From: an uncultured cyanobacterium
GTDB taxonomy: Bacteria > Cyanobacteriota > Cyanobacteriia > Cyanobacteriales > CAWCAG01
Assembly (NCBI GenBank): GCA_963803805.1
Contig: CAWDOD010000005.1
Coordinates: 64,001-128,000 of the forward strand
Direction: 5' to 3'
Length of the DNA: 64,000 bases
The notes under the pieces were generated by a model. The model was not told the origin of the DNA, ran no database searches, and worked only from the letters and a program-made list of their open reading frames with translations. The translations under genes and the position numbers were made by a program. Below are positions 32,620-42,300 of the stretch, piece by piece (position 1 is the first letter of the stretch; each line of letters opens with the position of its first letter).

Positions 32620-33399
32620 TCACTCCTCACTGCCTGTCTTCAAATTATCCAACCCGGCTGTCACCTCAGCAGACTCAATTTTATCTCCTTGTTGGATTTG
32701 ATCAACCACATCCATCCCTTCAGTGACATAACCAAAGACAGCATAGTTACTATCCAAAAAAGGTAAATCTGCTAAAGCAATATAAAACTGAGAAGAAGCA
32801 GAATCTGGCATTTGGGAACGAGCCATAGCCACAGCACCTCTGGTATGCTTAAGGGCTGGAGGAGTGTCTAAGGTTTTACTATAAACTGGTTCTTCTGCAT
32901 TTTCTGGGGTAATTTCCAAAGGAATATAGCGAGGTTTTCCGGTATCTGGATCTTCGTAACCCCCAGTTCCCAAACGGCTAGTAGGGAAGTTAGGATTCTT
33001 GCTTTGAGGATCTCCTCCTTGGGCAACAAAAGGTTGAGGTTCTTTTACTACTCGGTGGAAGACAATACCGTCATAAAAACCCTTATTGACCAGATCAACA
33101 AAATTACCTGCTGAAACAGGGGCTTTGTCTCCATCAATTTCCATGGTAATTGGTGAACCTTTGACGGTCATTACTACCGTTGCTTTGCCTTCTAATTTAG
33201 GTAATTGAGCCATTTCTTGATTATCTACTTTAGTAGCGTTAATAGATTTTTTAGTTTCTTGAGTTTCTGTTGTTTCTGCTTGGGTAGTTTCTTCTTTTAC
33301 CGAAACATCTTGATCTGGGGTCGCACATCCTCCTAATGTTCCAACTCCAATAATTGCGATCAGAATTAGTGCCAGACAGTTTGATAAATTAATTTTCAT
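32620..33399 (-). CDS. Cyclophilin-type peptidyl-prolyl isomerase, probable lipoprotein
   Basis: LGGC lipobox, [34 protein letters not shown]. Confidence 0.92.
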   Translation of the reverse strand: MKINLSNCLALILIAIIGVGTLGGCATPDQDVSVKEETTQAETTETQETKKSINATKVDNQEMAQLPKLEGKATVVMTVKGSPITMEIDGDKAPVSAGNFVDLVNKGFYDGIVFHRVVKEPQPFVAQGGDPQSKNPNFPTSRLGTGGYEDPDTGKPRYIPLEITPENAEEPVYSKTLDTPPALKHTRGAVAMARSQMPDSASSQFYIALADLPFLDSNYAVFGYVTEGMDVVDQIQQGDKIESAEVTAGLDNLKTGSEE

Positions 33400-33419
33400 T
33401 ATTCTCGATACTTAGTAGA

Positions 33420-34046
33420 TTACAAACCTTCTAAAGGAACTTGTAAAAAACGAGCTAATTGCGCCCCTTGGTTCTCTAATTCCGTTAAAGAAATAGGTTC
33501 CCCGGCGCGAGTCAAGGGGATTGGCCCCTTGCCTTTGACTCGTAAATAAAGCGCCCGTTTTGGGTTTAAACCTTCTTTAATTTCTGCTTTAACAGATTGA
33601 ACTTCTTCAATTTTGCAATCTATTTCTACACGACGATTTTTCCCAGGAAAATTCCAGCGAAAAATCTCGACAGAGTTGTTTTTTTTGTTAAATTCGTTGT
33701 AGCCTCCTCCCACATCCCACAAGATAACCAATCCTTGATAAAGAGAAAGTAGCAAGCCTGCAACTCCATAAAAAGTTAAGGCTATTCCTTGAGGTATAAA
33801 TTGGAGAGTTGAAGTGTCGCTAACTAAAAGCAAATTCGTATGAAGGTAACTTGAAAGACCTGCAAGGAGAAAACCTAGACCTCCTATAAAAGCAACAACA
33901 GCCCAAAAGTAGTTACTAAGTCTGCGGGAGCCTAAAACCTCTTGACGTAGAATATCACTTCCTGTAGTAGTTGCTTTTGTGTTGATATTCCCCCCTTTCA
34001 AAGAGGAGAGATTCTCACTTCTTTGAGAATCTTTAGGATTAGCCAT
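33420..34046 (-). CDS. ycf4: Photosystem I assembly protein Ycf4
   Basis: GSRRLSNYFWA, FIPQG, FRWNFPGKNRR, LARFLQVPLEG. Confidence 0.95.
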   Translation of the reverse strand: MANPKDSQRSENLSSLKGGNINTKATTTGSDILRQEVLGSRRLSNYFWAVVAFIGGLGFLLAGLSSYLHTNLLLVSDTSTLQFIPQGIALTFYGVAGLLLSLYQGLVILWDVGGGYNEFNKKNNSVEIFRWNFPGKNRRVEIDCKIEEVQSVKAEIKEGLNPKRALYLRVKGKGPIPLTRAGEPISLTELENQGAQLARFLQVPLEGL

Positions 34047-34175
34047 TGATTCGTCCCCCGAAACGGAGCTTACTATTTAGATATCCGCACTGGCATTATA
34101 GTATTAGTTGTTTGGTTGAAGATACTTTTCAAGTATAATTGCTATAGATTTTACGAGAACCCGCTCCTACAACCC

Positions 34176-35474
34176 TTACCTCAAGTTTCGCTTTGGATCA
34201 CCGAGAAACTCTTCCCCACTAGCTACCGAAGGAGCAGGAATGGAGGCGGTTCCCCAGTTTTGAGATAATCTTTGTAAAAGCCAATCCTGTTGGGTACGAA
34301 AGGCGATAGGGCCGATGTTACCGTTATTAATAATGGCGAAAGCAACCATGCCGCGATCGCGCGTAGGAAAAATACCAGCTAAAGCGCTAACTTGATTGAG
34401 GGTTCCTGTTTTAAAAGCTGTTCCGGTGGGTATTTTACGACCAATTACTGTTCCCATTTTGTCTCTTCCTGCCACCGGAAACAGGTCAAAAATGGTTAAA
34501 GGTTCTGATTCTAACTTCTTTTCAATAGCTAACAACATAGCACAGACGGCGCGGGGAGAGATGCGATTTGCTACCCCTAAACCGGAACCATTGATTAATT
34601 GAATTTCTTTCTGGGGTACATCAGCTAATTCTGCTGCTAATTGGGCCACCTCTCCTGCACCACCCACCGATTCAGCTAAAACTTCAGCCATAGCATTATT
34701 GCTATAAATATTCATCTGCTTGAGAATTTGGGCCAAGCTTACAGATTGGTGGCGTAACAGGAGGTTGGCTAGGCTACCTTGTTCTACTTCTGGTACATCT
34801 TTTTTCGTTACTATATTTCCCGCAATTTTCAAATTGGGGCGTTTACTTCCTTCGGGCATTAAAGAGTAGGAATAAGTAGCATCTCGGTTCCAACTGGCTT
34901 GATCAAAAGCAATTTTAAGAGATTCACCAGAAGTTTGGGGGTTAGAGTAATAATTCATATAAAAGTCCCCCACAATGACTAAATTGCCAGCCACCTGACG
35001 AATACCCATTTCATTTAAAATATTTCCTAAAGCGATCCCTTCTTCCCAAACAAAGAAAGGATCACCACTACCTTCAATAATTAGATCCCCTTGTAAAACC
35101 CCATTCTTAATTTCTCCTGTGGTATGAATCAGGGTTTCAAATTGATATTCATAGCCCCATTTATGCAAAGCTGCTAAGGTTGTGGCAATTTTCGTTAAGG
35201 ACGCTGCCGAAAGAGGAGTAGTACCTTGGCGATCTAAAAGCAACTTCCACCCAGACTCCATCCAAATACCTTGGCCATTGGGGTTAGCCCCACTTTTAGC
35301 TAAAGTTTTGAGGTACTCTTCGAGATTTTGCTCTGCTTGAGGATCTGGATCTGTTAAAGAAAACAAAGCTGCTTCGTGCCAAGCAAGCAATCGGGCAGTT
35401 TCCACCTGCGCGGGTTCTTGACCCAATATATTCATTACAAAACTAATCAAACTAGCTCCAACTACTTCTAGCAC
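34176..35474 (-). CDS. dacB: D-Ala-D-Ala carboxypeptidase/endopeptidase (peptidase S13, PBP4-like)
   Basis: SxxK (ASLTK), SxN (YSNN), KTG (FKTGTL), GSGDP. Confidence 0.85.
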   Translation of the reverse strand: MLEVVGASLISFVMNILGQEPAQVETARLLAWHEAALFSLTDPDPQAEQNLEEYLKTLAKSGANPNGQGIWMESGWKLLLDRQGTTPLSAASLTKIATTLAALHKWGYEYQFETLIHTTGEIKNGVLQGDLIIEGSGDPFFVWEEGIALGNILNEMGIRQVAGNLVIVGDFYMNYYSNPQTSGESLKIAFDQASWNRDATYSYSLMPEGSKRPNLKIAGNIVTKKDVPEVEQGSLANLLLRHQSVSLAQILKQMNIYSNNAMAEVLAESVGGAGEVAQLAAELADVPQKEIQLINGSGLGVANRISPRAVCAMLLAIEKKLESEPLTIFDLFPVAGRDKMGTVIGRKIPTGTAFKTGTLNQVSALAGIFPTRDRGMVAFAIINNGNIGPIAFRTQQDWLLQRLSQNWGTASIPAPSVASGEEFLGDPKRNLR

Positions 35475-35706
35475 TCTTAATTTCCTCCAAATCTAGAGTT
35501 AACTTTATACAGGTTTTTGTTCTTTTGGAACATTCTCTAGGTTATGGTTTACCTATCCATAAGCCCTAATCCGTAATTAATCATTGTTTAGCTCATTAAC
35601 TATTCATCATTGGCTTGAATCCAAGGATAATTTTAAATGTTCAATGTTCAGTGGAAGGGTCAAGGGCTTCTGTTAAAATCTTTAAGGTTTATATCAATTT
35701 GATTCA

Positions 35707-36768
35707 ATGGGATCGACTCGCGCAAGAATTGCAGTAGACGCTATGGGGGGGGACTATGCCCCTGACGAAATTGTTGCTGGCGCTCTTAGGGCAGCAGAAG
35801 AGTTGGATGTGGAAGTTATTCTGGTTGGGGAACCGGAGTTAATTCAAGCATCTATAAAGCAACATACCAATTCCAGTCCTCTGGAGATTGTACCGGCTGA
35901 AGGTGCGATCGCCATGCACGAAGAAGCTTTAGTTGGGGTTCGCCGCAAGCCAAAAGCTTCCATTAACGTAGCTATGAAGTTGGTGAAGCAAAAGCAAGCC
36001 GATGCCGTAGTTTCGGCAGGACATTCTGGGGCTGCTATGGCTTCTGCTTTGCTAAGGTTAGGCAGGATTAAAGGCATTGATCGTCCAGCGATTGGGGCTT
36101 TATTTCCTACTTTGAGGGCAGACAAATCTGTAATTGTTTTAGATGTTGGGGCCAATGTTGATTGTCGTCCTAAATACCTAGAACAGTTCGCTTTGATGGG
36201 AACAGTTTATAGCCAATATGTGATGGGAGTAACTGAACCTAAAGTAGGGTTACTCAATATTGGTGAAGAACCTTCTAAAGGCAACGATTTAGCCTTGCGA
36301 AGTTATGAGTTACTAGAGAAAAATCCCCACGTTCCTTTTGTCGGTAATGCTGAGGGGAGGGATGTTCTTTCTGGAGAGTTTGATGTTATTGTCTGCGATG
36401 GCTTTGCGGGCAACGTCTTGCTTAAATTTGCTGAAGCAGTGGGAGATATTGTACTGCAAATTCTTAAAGAAGAGTTACCCCAAGGGCTAAGGGGACAAAT
36501 GGGGGCAGCTTTATTAAAGCCTAACCTGAAAAGAATTAAGCAACGTATCGATCATGCCGAACATGGTGGAGGCTTACTCTTAGGGGTAGCTGGGGTTTGT
36601 ATTATTAGTCATGGTAGCTCCCAAGCCCCGACAATTTTCAACGCCATTCGTCTAGCCCAAGAAGCCATTGAAAATGGAGTTTTAGAGCAAATTAAATCAT
36701 CTCAAGAGAGAATCGTGGGAGAAAATAAAGTTAAGTCGAAAACGGCTTCTAAAAATGAGCCATCATAG
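35707..36768 (+). CDS. plsX: Phosphate acyltransferase PlsX
   Basis: IAVDAMGGDYAP, SAGHSGA, DVGAN, NIGEEPSKG, DGFAGN, SHGSS. Confidence 0.95.
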   Translation: MGSTRARIAVDAMGGDYAPDEIVAGALRAAEELDVEVILVGEPELIQASIKQHTNSSPLEIVPAEGAIAMHEEALVGVRRKPKASINVAMKLVKQKQADAVVSAGHSGAAMASALLRLGRIKGIDRPAIGALFPTLRADKSVIVLDVGANVDCRPKYLEQFALMGTVYSQYVMGVTEPKVGLLNIGEEPSKGNDLALRSYELLEKNPHVPFVGNAEGRDVLSGEFDVIVCDGFAGNVLLKFAEAVGDIVLQILKEELPQGLRGQMGAALLKPNLKRIKQRIDHAEHGGGLLLGVAGVCIISHGSSQAPTIFNAIRLAQEAIENGVLEQIKSSQERIVGENKVKSKTASKNEPS

Positions 36769-36825
36769 GGAATTTTAGAGCTAAGATTTTAAATTTTCTA
36801 TAGCAGCAATCGCAGGAGAAAAGTT

Positions 36826-37833
36826 GTGAAACAAATTGGGGCAGGGATCAAAATAATCGGTAGCGGCTCTGCGGCTCCTCTAACAGCCTTGGACAATGAA
36901 GAACTTAGTCAGATGGTGGAAACCTCTGATGAGTGGATTAAAAGTCGTACAGGCATTGCTAAGCGCTGTTTAGCTACTCCTGAAGAGTCCTTAAGTTCCA
37001 CTGCTGCCCAAGCTGCAAATCAGGCTTTAAATATGGCGGGTATTGGGGCGAAGGAGATTGACTTGATTATTTTAGCCACCTCAAGTCCTGACGATCTTTT
37101 TGGTAGCGCCTGTGAAGTTCAAACTCAAATTGGGGCGACTAACGCTGTTGCCTTTGATTTAACTGCGGCTTGTTCAGGATTTATTTTCGCCTTAATTACC
37201 GCCTCGCAATTTGTTCGTACCGGAGTTTACCAAAATATTCTCGTTATTGGGGCTGACATTTTATCACGGTGGGTAGATTGGTCAGATCGGAGTACCTGTA
37301 TTCTTTTTGGTGATGGGGCTGGGGCTGTGGTGATGCAGGGAAGTACAGAAGGAGATGATTTACTCGGCTTTGAAATGCGTAGCGACGGCAGCCAGAATTA
37401 CACCTTAAAACTAGGTTATCAAGGAACTCCGCAAACTTTGAATGAGCGAGTTTCTGTGGCCCAAGGAGGCTATCAACCTATTACTATGAATGGTCGAGAA
37501 GTATATCGTTTTGCTGTCGAAAAAGTGCCAGAAGTTATTAGTAAAGCCCTATTTAAAGCTAATTTAGAAGCGGCGCAAGTAGACTGGCTTTTATTGCACC
37601 AAGCTAACCAAAGAATACTTAATGCAGTAGCAAAACGCCTGAAGATTAGTCCCGAAAAAGTGATTAGTAATCTGGCGAGTTATGGCAATACTTCTGCTGC
37701 TTCTATTCCCCTAGCATTAGATGAAGCTGTGCGGGGCAATAAAATTAAACCAGGAGATATTATTGCTGCTTCTGGCTTTGGTGCAGGATTAACTTGGGGG
37801 GCGGCAATTTTCAAATGGGGTGGGGGCTTTTAA
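36826..37833 (+). CDS. fabH: Beta-ketoacyl-ACP synthase III
   Basis: ETSDEWIKSRTGI, AACSGF, LFGDGAGA, HQAN, GNTSAASIP, GFGAGLTWG. Confidence 0.95.
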   Translation: MKQIGAGIKIIGSGSAAPLTALDNEELSQMVETSDEWIKSRTGIAKRCLATPEESLSSTAAQAANQALNMAGIGAKEIDLIILATSSPDDLFGSACEVQTQIGATNAVAFDLTAACSGFIFALITASQFVRTGVYQNILVIGADILSRWVDWSDRSTCILFGDGAGAVVMQGSTEGDDLLGFEMRSDGSQNYTLKLGYQGTPQTLNERVSVAQGGYQPITMNGREVYRFAVEKVPEVISKALFKANLEAAQVDWLLLHQANQRILNAVAKRLKISPEKVISNLASYGNTSAASIPLALDEAVRGNKIKPGDIIAASGFGAGLTWGAAIFKWGGGF

Positions 37834-37891
37834 GTAATAAGTAAAAAGATCCTAGGTGTAATTATTGATATTAATCAAACAAAATTCAGCA

Positions 37892-38038
37892 CGTAACGCA
37901 CCATTAAACAAATTAAAGAAGTAAAATTATGGTAGAAGAATCTTGTTAATTTAACCTGTATTTATTCAGAAAACAATCGGTGCGTTACGGCGGATAAAAA
38001 GTTTTTAGTTTAACTCCATTTTATAATGACCACCTAAT
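37892..38038. repeat. REP-like inverted-repeat element, decayed
   Basis: Perfect 11-bp IR CGTAACGCACC (37892-37902) / GGTGCGTTACG (37979-37989), then GGCGG...CCACCTAA. Confidence 0.65.
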
Positions 38039-38204
38039 ATGAAATAAAAAAGGTATGCTACACGTAAATTAAATCAAGCTATTTGCTCTAAGTCACTAGT
38101 AAACAACTTTTTCAACAACGATCCTAAATCTAAATGCGCCCTACCACCAGGTCTATTTACGACGATAGAAAAATCTGGAATTAGCCAGCCAAATCTAAAC
38201 TAAA

Positions 38205-38285
38205 GAAGAGCGAAGCGGTTACGAAGGGGTGTGCGGTCACTGATTCCCCTCTTCACTGGGGGGTTTGGGAGGCTAGTCCCCCAAT
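38205..38285. repeat. GC-rich double hairpin, probable small mobile repeat or terminator
   Basis: GAAGGGG...CCCCTCTTC and TTGGGAGGCTAGTCCCCCAA stems in AT-rich intergenic DNA. Confidence 0.4.
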
Positions 38286-38308
38286 AGAACTAAAACTACC
38301 CTATGGTA

Positions 38309-39226
38309 TCATTTACCGTTAAATATTGTGGGATCTGTTTTAATTAAATAACTTTCAAGATGACTAAAATAAGCACTGTCTAAATGTTGAGTGCGATCGC
38401 CGTTTTTAAAACAGTCCTTAACTTCGGGATTGTTACCTAACCAACTTGACCAACGCCAGATATTTTTCTGTAAACAAATGATCGGATCTTGAGGGTTGGA
38501 AAATAGTCGTAATTCTCCTACTTTCTTGCTTAAACTAGCAATTTTTGTTTCATGTAAAGGACTTCCCATTAAAACTACTTTGAGTTTGCTCAAGTTTAGC
38601 CGAGAATCCAGACTTAAATCTCTAATGGCGGCATCAAGAATCAAGCCCCCTTCACTATGGGCGATCGCAACAACTTCTTCCTGTTGAGAATTGTTTAAGG
38701 CTAATTTCAGTTGCTGTTTGACACTTCTAATAATTGGCTCATTCCCTCGCCCTATAAATCTATTACCAAAACGGTTGAGAAAAGCTTTAGAAAAGTCTCC
38801 TAATTTGCGACAAGAGGAAGTATTCTTTCGACAAGAAGAACCATTATTGATGACAGTCACAGAAGCATTAATTCTCTTAGAAAGCTCTAAACCAAATCTC
38901 TGATTAATATTATCTTTAACTATGCCGTGAATAAAAAATATTTCTTTAGTAGTTTTCAAACTATGATCTGGCAAATTCTCTCCTGGTATTTTGATGACTT
39001 TGCCATCATTGTAGAAAGGAAAATGGGAAAAAACTTGCGTTAATAACACCAGGGTAAAAATCAACTTGAAAAAATGATAAATCCCTGTTTGTAAGCGCCT
39101 TTTAAAAGTAACAAAATATCTCTTTTGTCGATAGTTTAGCTTTGGCTTCCATACCTTAAACTGAGGTTTCCCTTTAGCTATGTAATAATATAATTGCTTA
39201 GGACTAGGGGGATTACGTAGCACCAT
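38309..39226 (-). CDS. Hypothetical membrane-anchored alpha/beta-hydrolase-like protein
   Basis: TM segment, FFIHGI, AHSEGG elbow, LMGSP, NPQDPI, late His (QHL). Confidence 0.55.
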   Translation of the reverse strand: MVLRNPPSPKQLYYYIAKGKPQFKVWKPKLNYRQKRYFVTFKRRLQTGIYHFFKLIFTLVLLTQVFSHFPFYNDGKVIKIPGENLPDHSLKTTKEIFFIHGIVKDNINQRFGLELSKRINASVTVINNGSSCRKNTSSCRKLGDFSKAFLNRFGNRFIGRGNEPIIRSVKQQLKLALNNSQQEEVVAIAHSEGGLILDAAIRDLSLDSRLNLSKLKVVLMGSPLHETKIASLSKKVGELRLFSNPQDPIICLQKNIWRWSSWLGNNPEVKDCFKNGDRTQHLDSAYFSHLESYLIKTDPTIFNGK

Positions 39227-39367
39227 CTATAGACTTGAATCATGATATTTCTTAGCTATATTACTGACTTTTCCCCAATTTTTCTAATTTTGAATAAAAA
39301 TATGATTTTAAAGATATGTAGTTTTTGCTAATGGCTAATGGCTAGTTGCTAATCGCTTATCTGTTCT

Positions 39368-42300
39368 TCAAAAACGAATCTCATACTCAACCACCGCCCG
39401 ACTATCCCCCTGAAAATCCGTTGAACCTCGGAACAAGGTATTTTCGTCGATGCGATAGCGTAAGCCATATTGGGCAGGGCGTTCATCCGTTAATACCTTA
39501 ATCACTGAAACAGATAAATCCCTCGTCACATCAAAAGCCGCTTCTGCCCCAACTCCAATATCACCCCCTGCCCCTTGAGAATTGCTAGCTGAAGAGGTGG
39601 GGAAGAGACGAAACTCACTTAAGCCTAAAGTATCCCCCACAGATCTTTGGAAGTTACCTAAAAGTACTGATCCTGCTAGGTTAGCTAGCCCCACAGTCGC
39701 ATCTTGACTAAAACTATTCAGTACGCTGCCACCTAAGAGGGCCACAATCTCATTTTCACTGCGGCGTGGAATACTAGTTAACTCTAAGTTTTCGTCTAAG
39801 CGACTAGCTGGGCCTTCTACACTAGCGATAACTCTAACTGATTGTAGGGAACCAAAGGTACTGATGGGGGCATCAGGAATTTCGTTGGGGTTGGTTTCGG
39901 TGGGAATGAAAATAGGAGTCCCTTCGGAGACGTTGGCGATTAACTGGACGTTGAGAAAGGGGTCTAGACCTAATTCAGGACGAAATTCTGCTGTTTGAGG
40001 GAAACCTCCTCGCAAACGGAATTGGGTGGTAAACAGGTTTACCTGTCCCCTTTCTAAGGTGATTAAACCATCTGGCCTCGGTTCGTTGAGAGGACCGTTG
40101 AGGAGAAAACTGCCTGTTGCTAAGAAGTTAAGGACAGGGGCTTGGGTGATTTGGATGTCATCGACGAGGATGATTTTCAAGTTGTCAAATTCGGGAGTGA
40201 TGCCGGTTTCTTCCTCATCACCAACTTCTCCTGCCCCTAAGTCTCCTGCATCGCTGTCCCCAGTTAAGTTAGTTGATTGGGCGATGGAAACATTGCCATC
40301 GTTGAGGTTGATTTCCCCACTAATTAAAGGTCTTAGGGCAGTACGGGTAATGAAAACATCTCCCCCGACTCCCCCTTGATAAATACCTTTGAGATTAAAA
40401 TCTAATTCTCTGAGGGCAACGGTTAGGGGGCTTTCTTGGGGAGAGGGTTTGCTGATGGGTAAACTGCCACTGACGGTAACTTCTCCACCACCATATTTAC
40501 CGGTCAAGGTGTTGACTACTTCGAGGGTGTCAAAGTCGAAGATGATTTTACCATCAACATCCGTGAGATTCTCTGTCAGTAATTCGGAACTAATGGTAGC
40601 ATCGCTAATGATCGCACTACCATTGACAACTAAATCTTCAAGTCCCGACTCTTGTTCAAATATGCCTTTGACATCAATATCCACATCCCCTTTACCAGCA
40701 ACCCAACCAAGTTGTTGGCGAGTAAGAATATCTAAGATAGCTAAACCGTCGTCTTTGACTTTGACAGCAAGGGCTAGTTCGTTACTTGCTGGTTCTACGG
40801 TTGTTCCTGGGATTTGGTAAGGAATTTTGCCGTTGACGGTTAAGGGATCATCAGGGGAACCAGCCAAAATAGCGTTGGCTGCAAAGTTAAGGATAGCATC
40901 GTTGTATTGGAAACTACCTTCAGCTTTTTGAACAGGTTGTTGATTGATTTTGGCATCAACTACTTCAATAGTACCGATACTTTGGGGATTTGCCCTGCTA
41001 CCGGAGATGCTAGCTTGGGCATCGACTAAACCACCGAAGCCAATGGCAGGAGGTAATTCAACAAATTCTTGAATTAAGGAGACAGGAACTTGTTTGGCCC
41101 GTAGTTGTCCGGAGAGATTTTCATCTCCTAAGTTACCTGTGAAAGCTAAAGCCCCATTGTTAGCAAGTTCAATTAGTACTGGTTGGAGGGTGATTCTACT
41201 ATTACTAAGACTTCCTTGACTATTAATGCTGCCTTTGGCAACTACTCGTTGGGCTAAATATTCCTCCCATTGCCAGTCGTCTCCCAAAAAGTCAAACTCA
41301 GCTTGCAAAGAAGCTAAGGAACGATTCTGAATAGAAGCGGCAACATCAACACTACCGCTAAACTCTCCTTCGAGTTTTTCTAATTCTGGGAAGGGAGAAG
41401 CTTCTTCCCTGGCAATACGTTGCCGTTGCAAGAGGGTTTCAATTTCTGAGAGTCGCCGCAGTTGAGTTTCAATACTCGTCCCCGGCAACCCTAAGCTGAG
41501 AATGCCAATATCTTCCTGGTTGCCATAGTTGCGATCGCCGCTTCCTCTGGTTAAGTCTTCGAGGTCAAATATTTGTAGGGCATAAAGAACATCTTCAATT
41601 CTGCCTTTTTCTACATCTGCCTTGGCAATGATTTCTGGTCCGGAAACTCCAGGAGATAACCTGGCATCAAGGAAATAGCTGCTTTCTCCTTTTTGTAATT
41701 TCCCTTCATTAAGAACTCCAAAACCATTGGCATAGTTGAATCTGCCTGTGAATAAGTCTCCTTCAAAGTTACCGACAATGGGATCTGTGATTGCAATATC
41801 TCCCGAAGCAGCGAAGGTTTTGAGGTTAACGGCTAAATCACCACTAAGTTGTCCTGCCAAGGTTTGAGAGGCTAGTTGGGGAGGTAGAGGGACGAATTCT
41901 TTGGCAATGCCGATGGGGAAGTTTTCTGTTTCTATGTCGAGGATTTCTCCTCGTCGTCTACCTGTAGCTGTAACTTCAACAAACTCATCCTCTTCAAATC
42001 TGGTAGCAACATTTTGGTCGAAGCGAAGGTAAAAGGAGTTTGGTAGGTAATCAGGGGCTAAGGCGACGCGGATGATGTCGTTTTCGCCATTTAGTTGTAA
42101 GTTAATCCCGGCATCTTGGGAGGTGACATTTCCTGCTAGTAAGGGGTCAAAATCTAAACCATCAAAAATAAAGTCCCTTAAAGCGATGCCGCCATTAACA
42201 TTAGGGGAATTAATTGTGCCAGCAATCTTACCGTCAAAATCAGCAAACCCTCCTAAAGCTACGTTTGCTGCTGCTTCTGGTAACGAAATAGGTAATTCGG

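Noticed and set aside
38060-38203. Short open frames on both strands downstream of the REP-like element
   Set aside because: No start codon or recognisable motif; each frame is bounded by stops.
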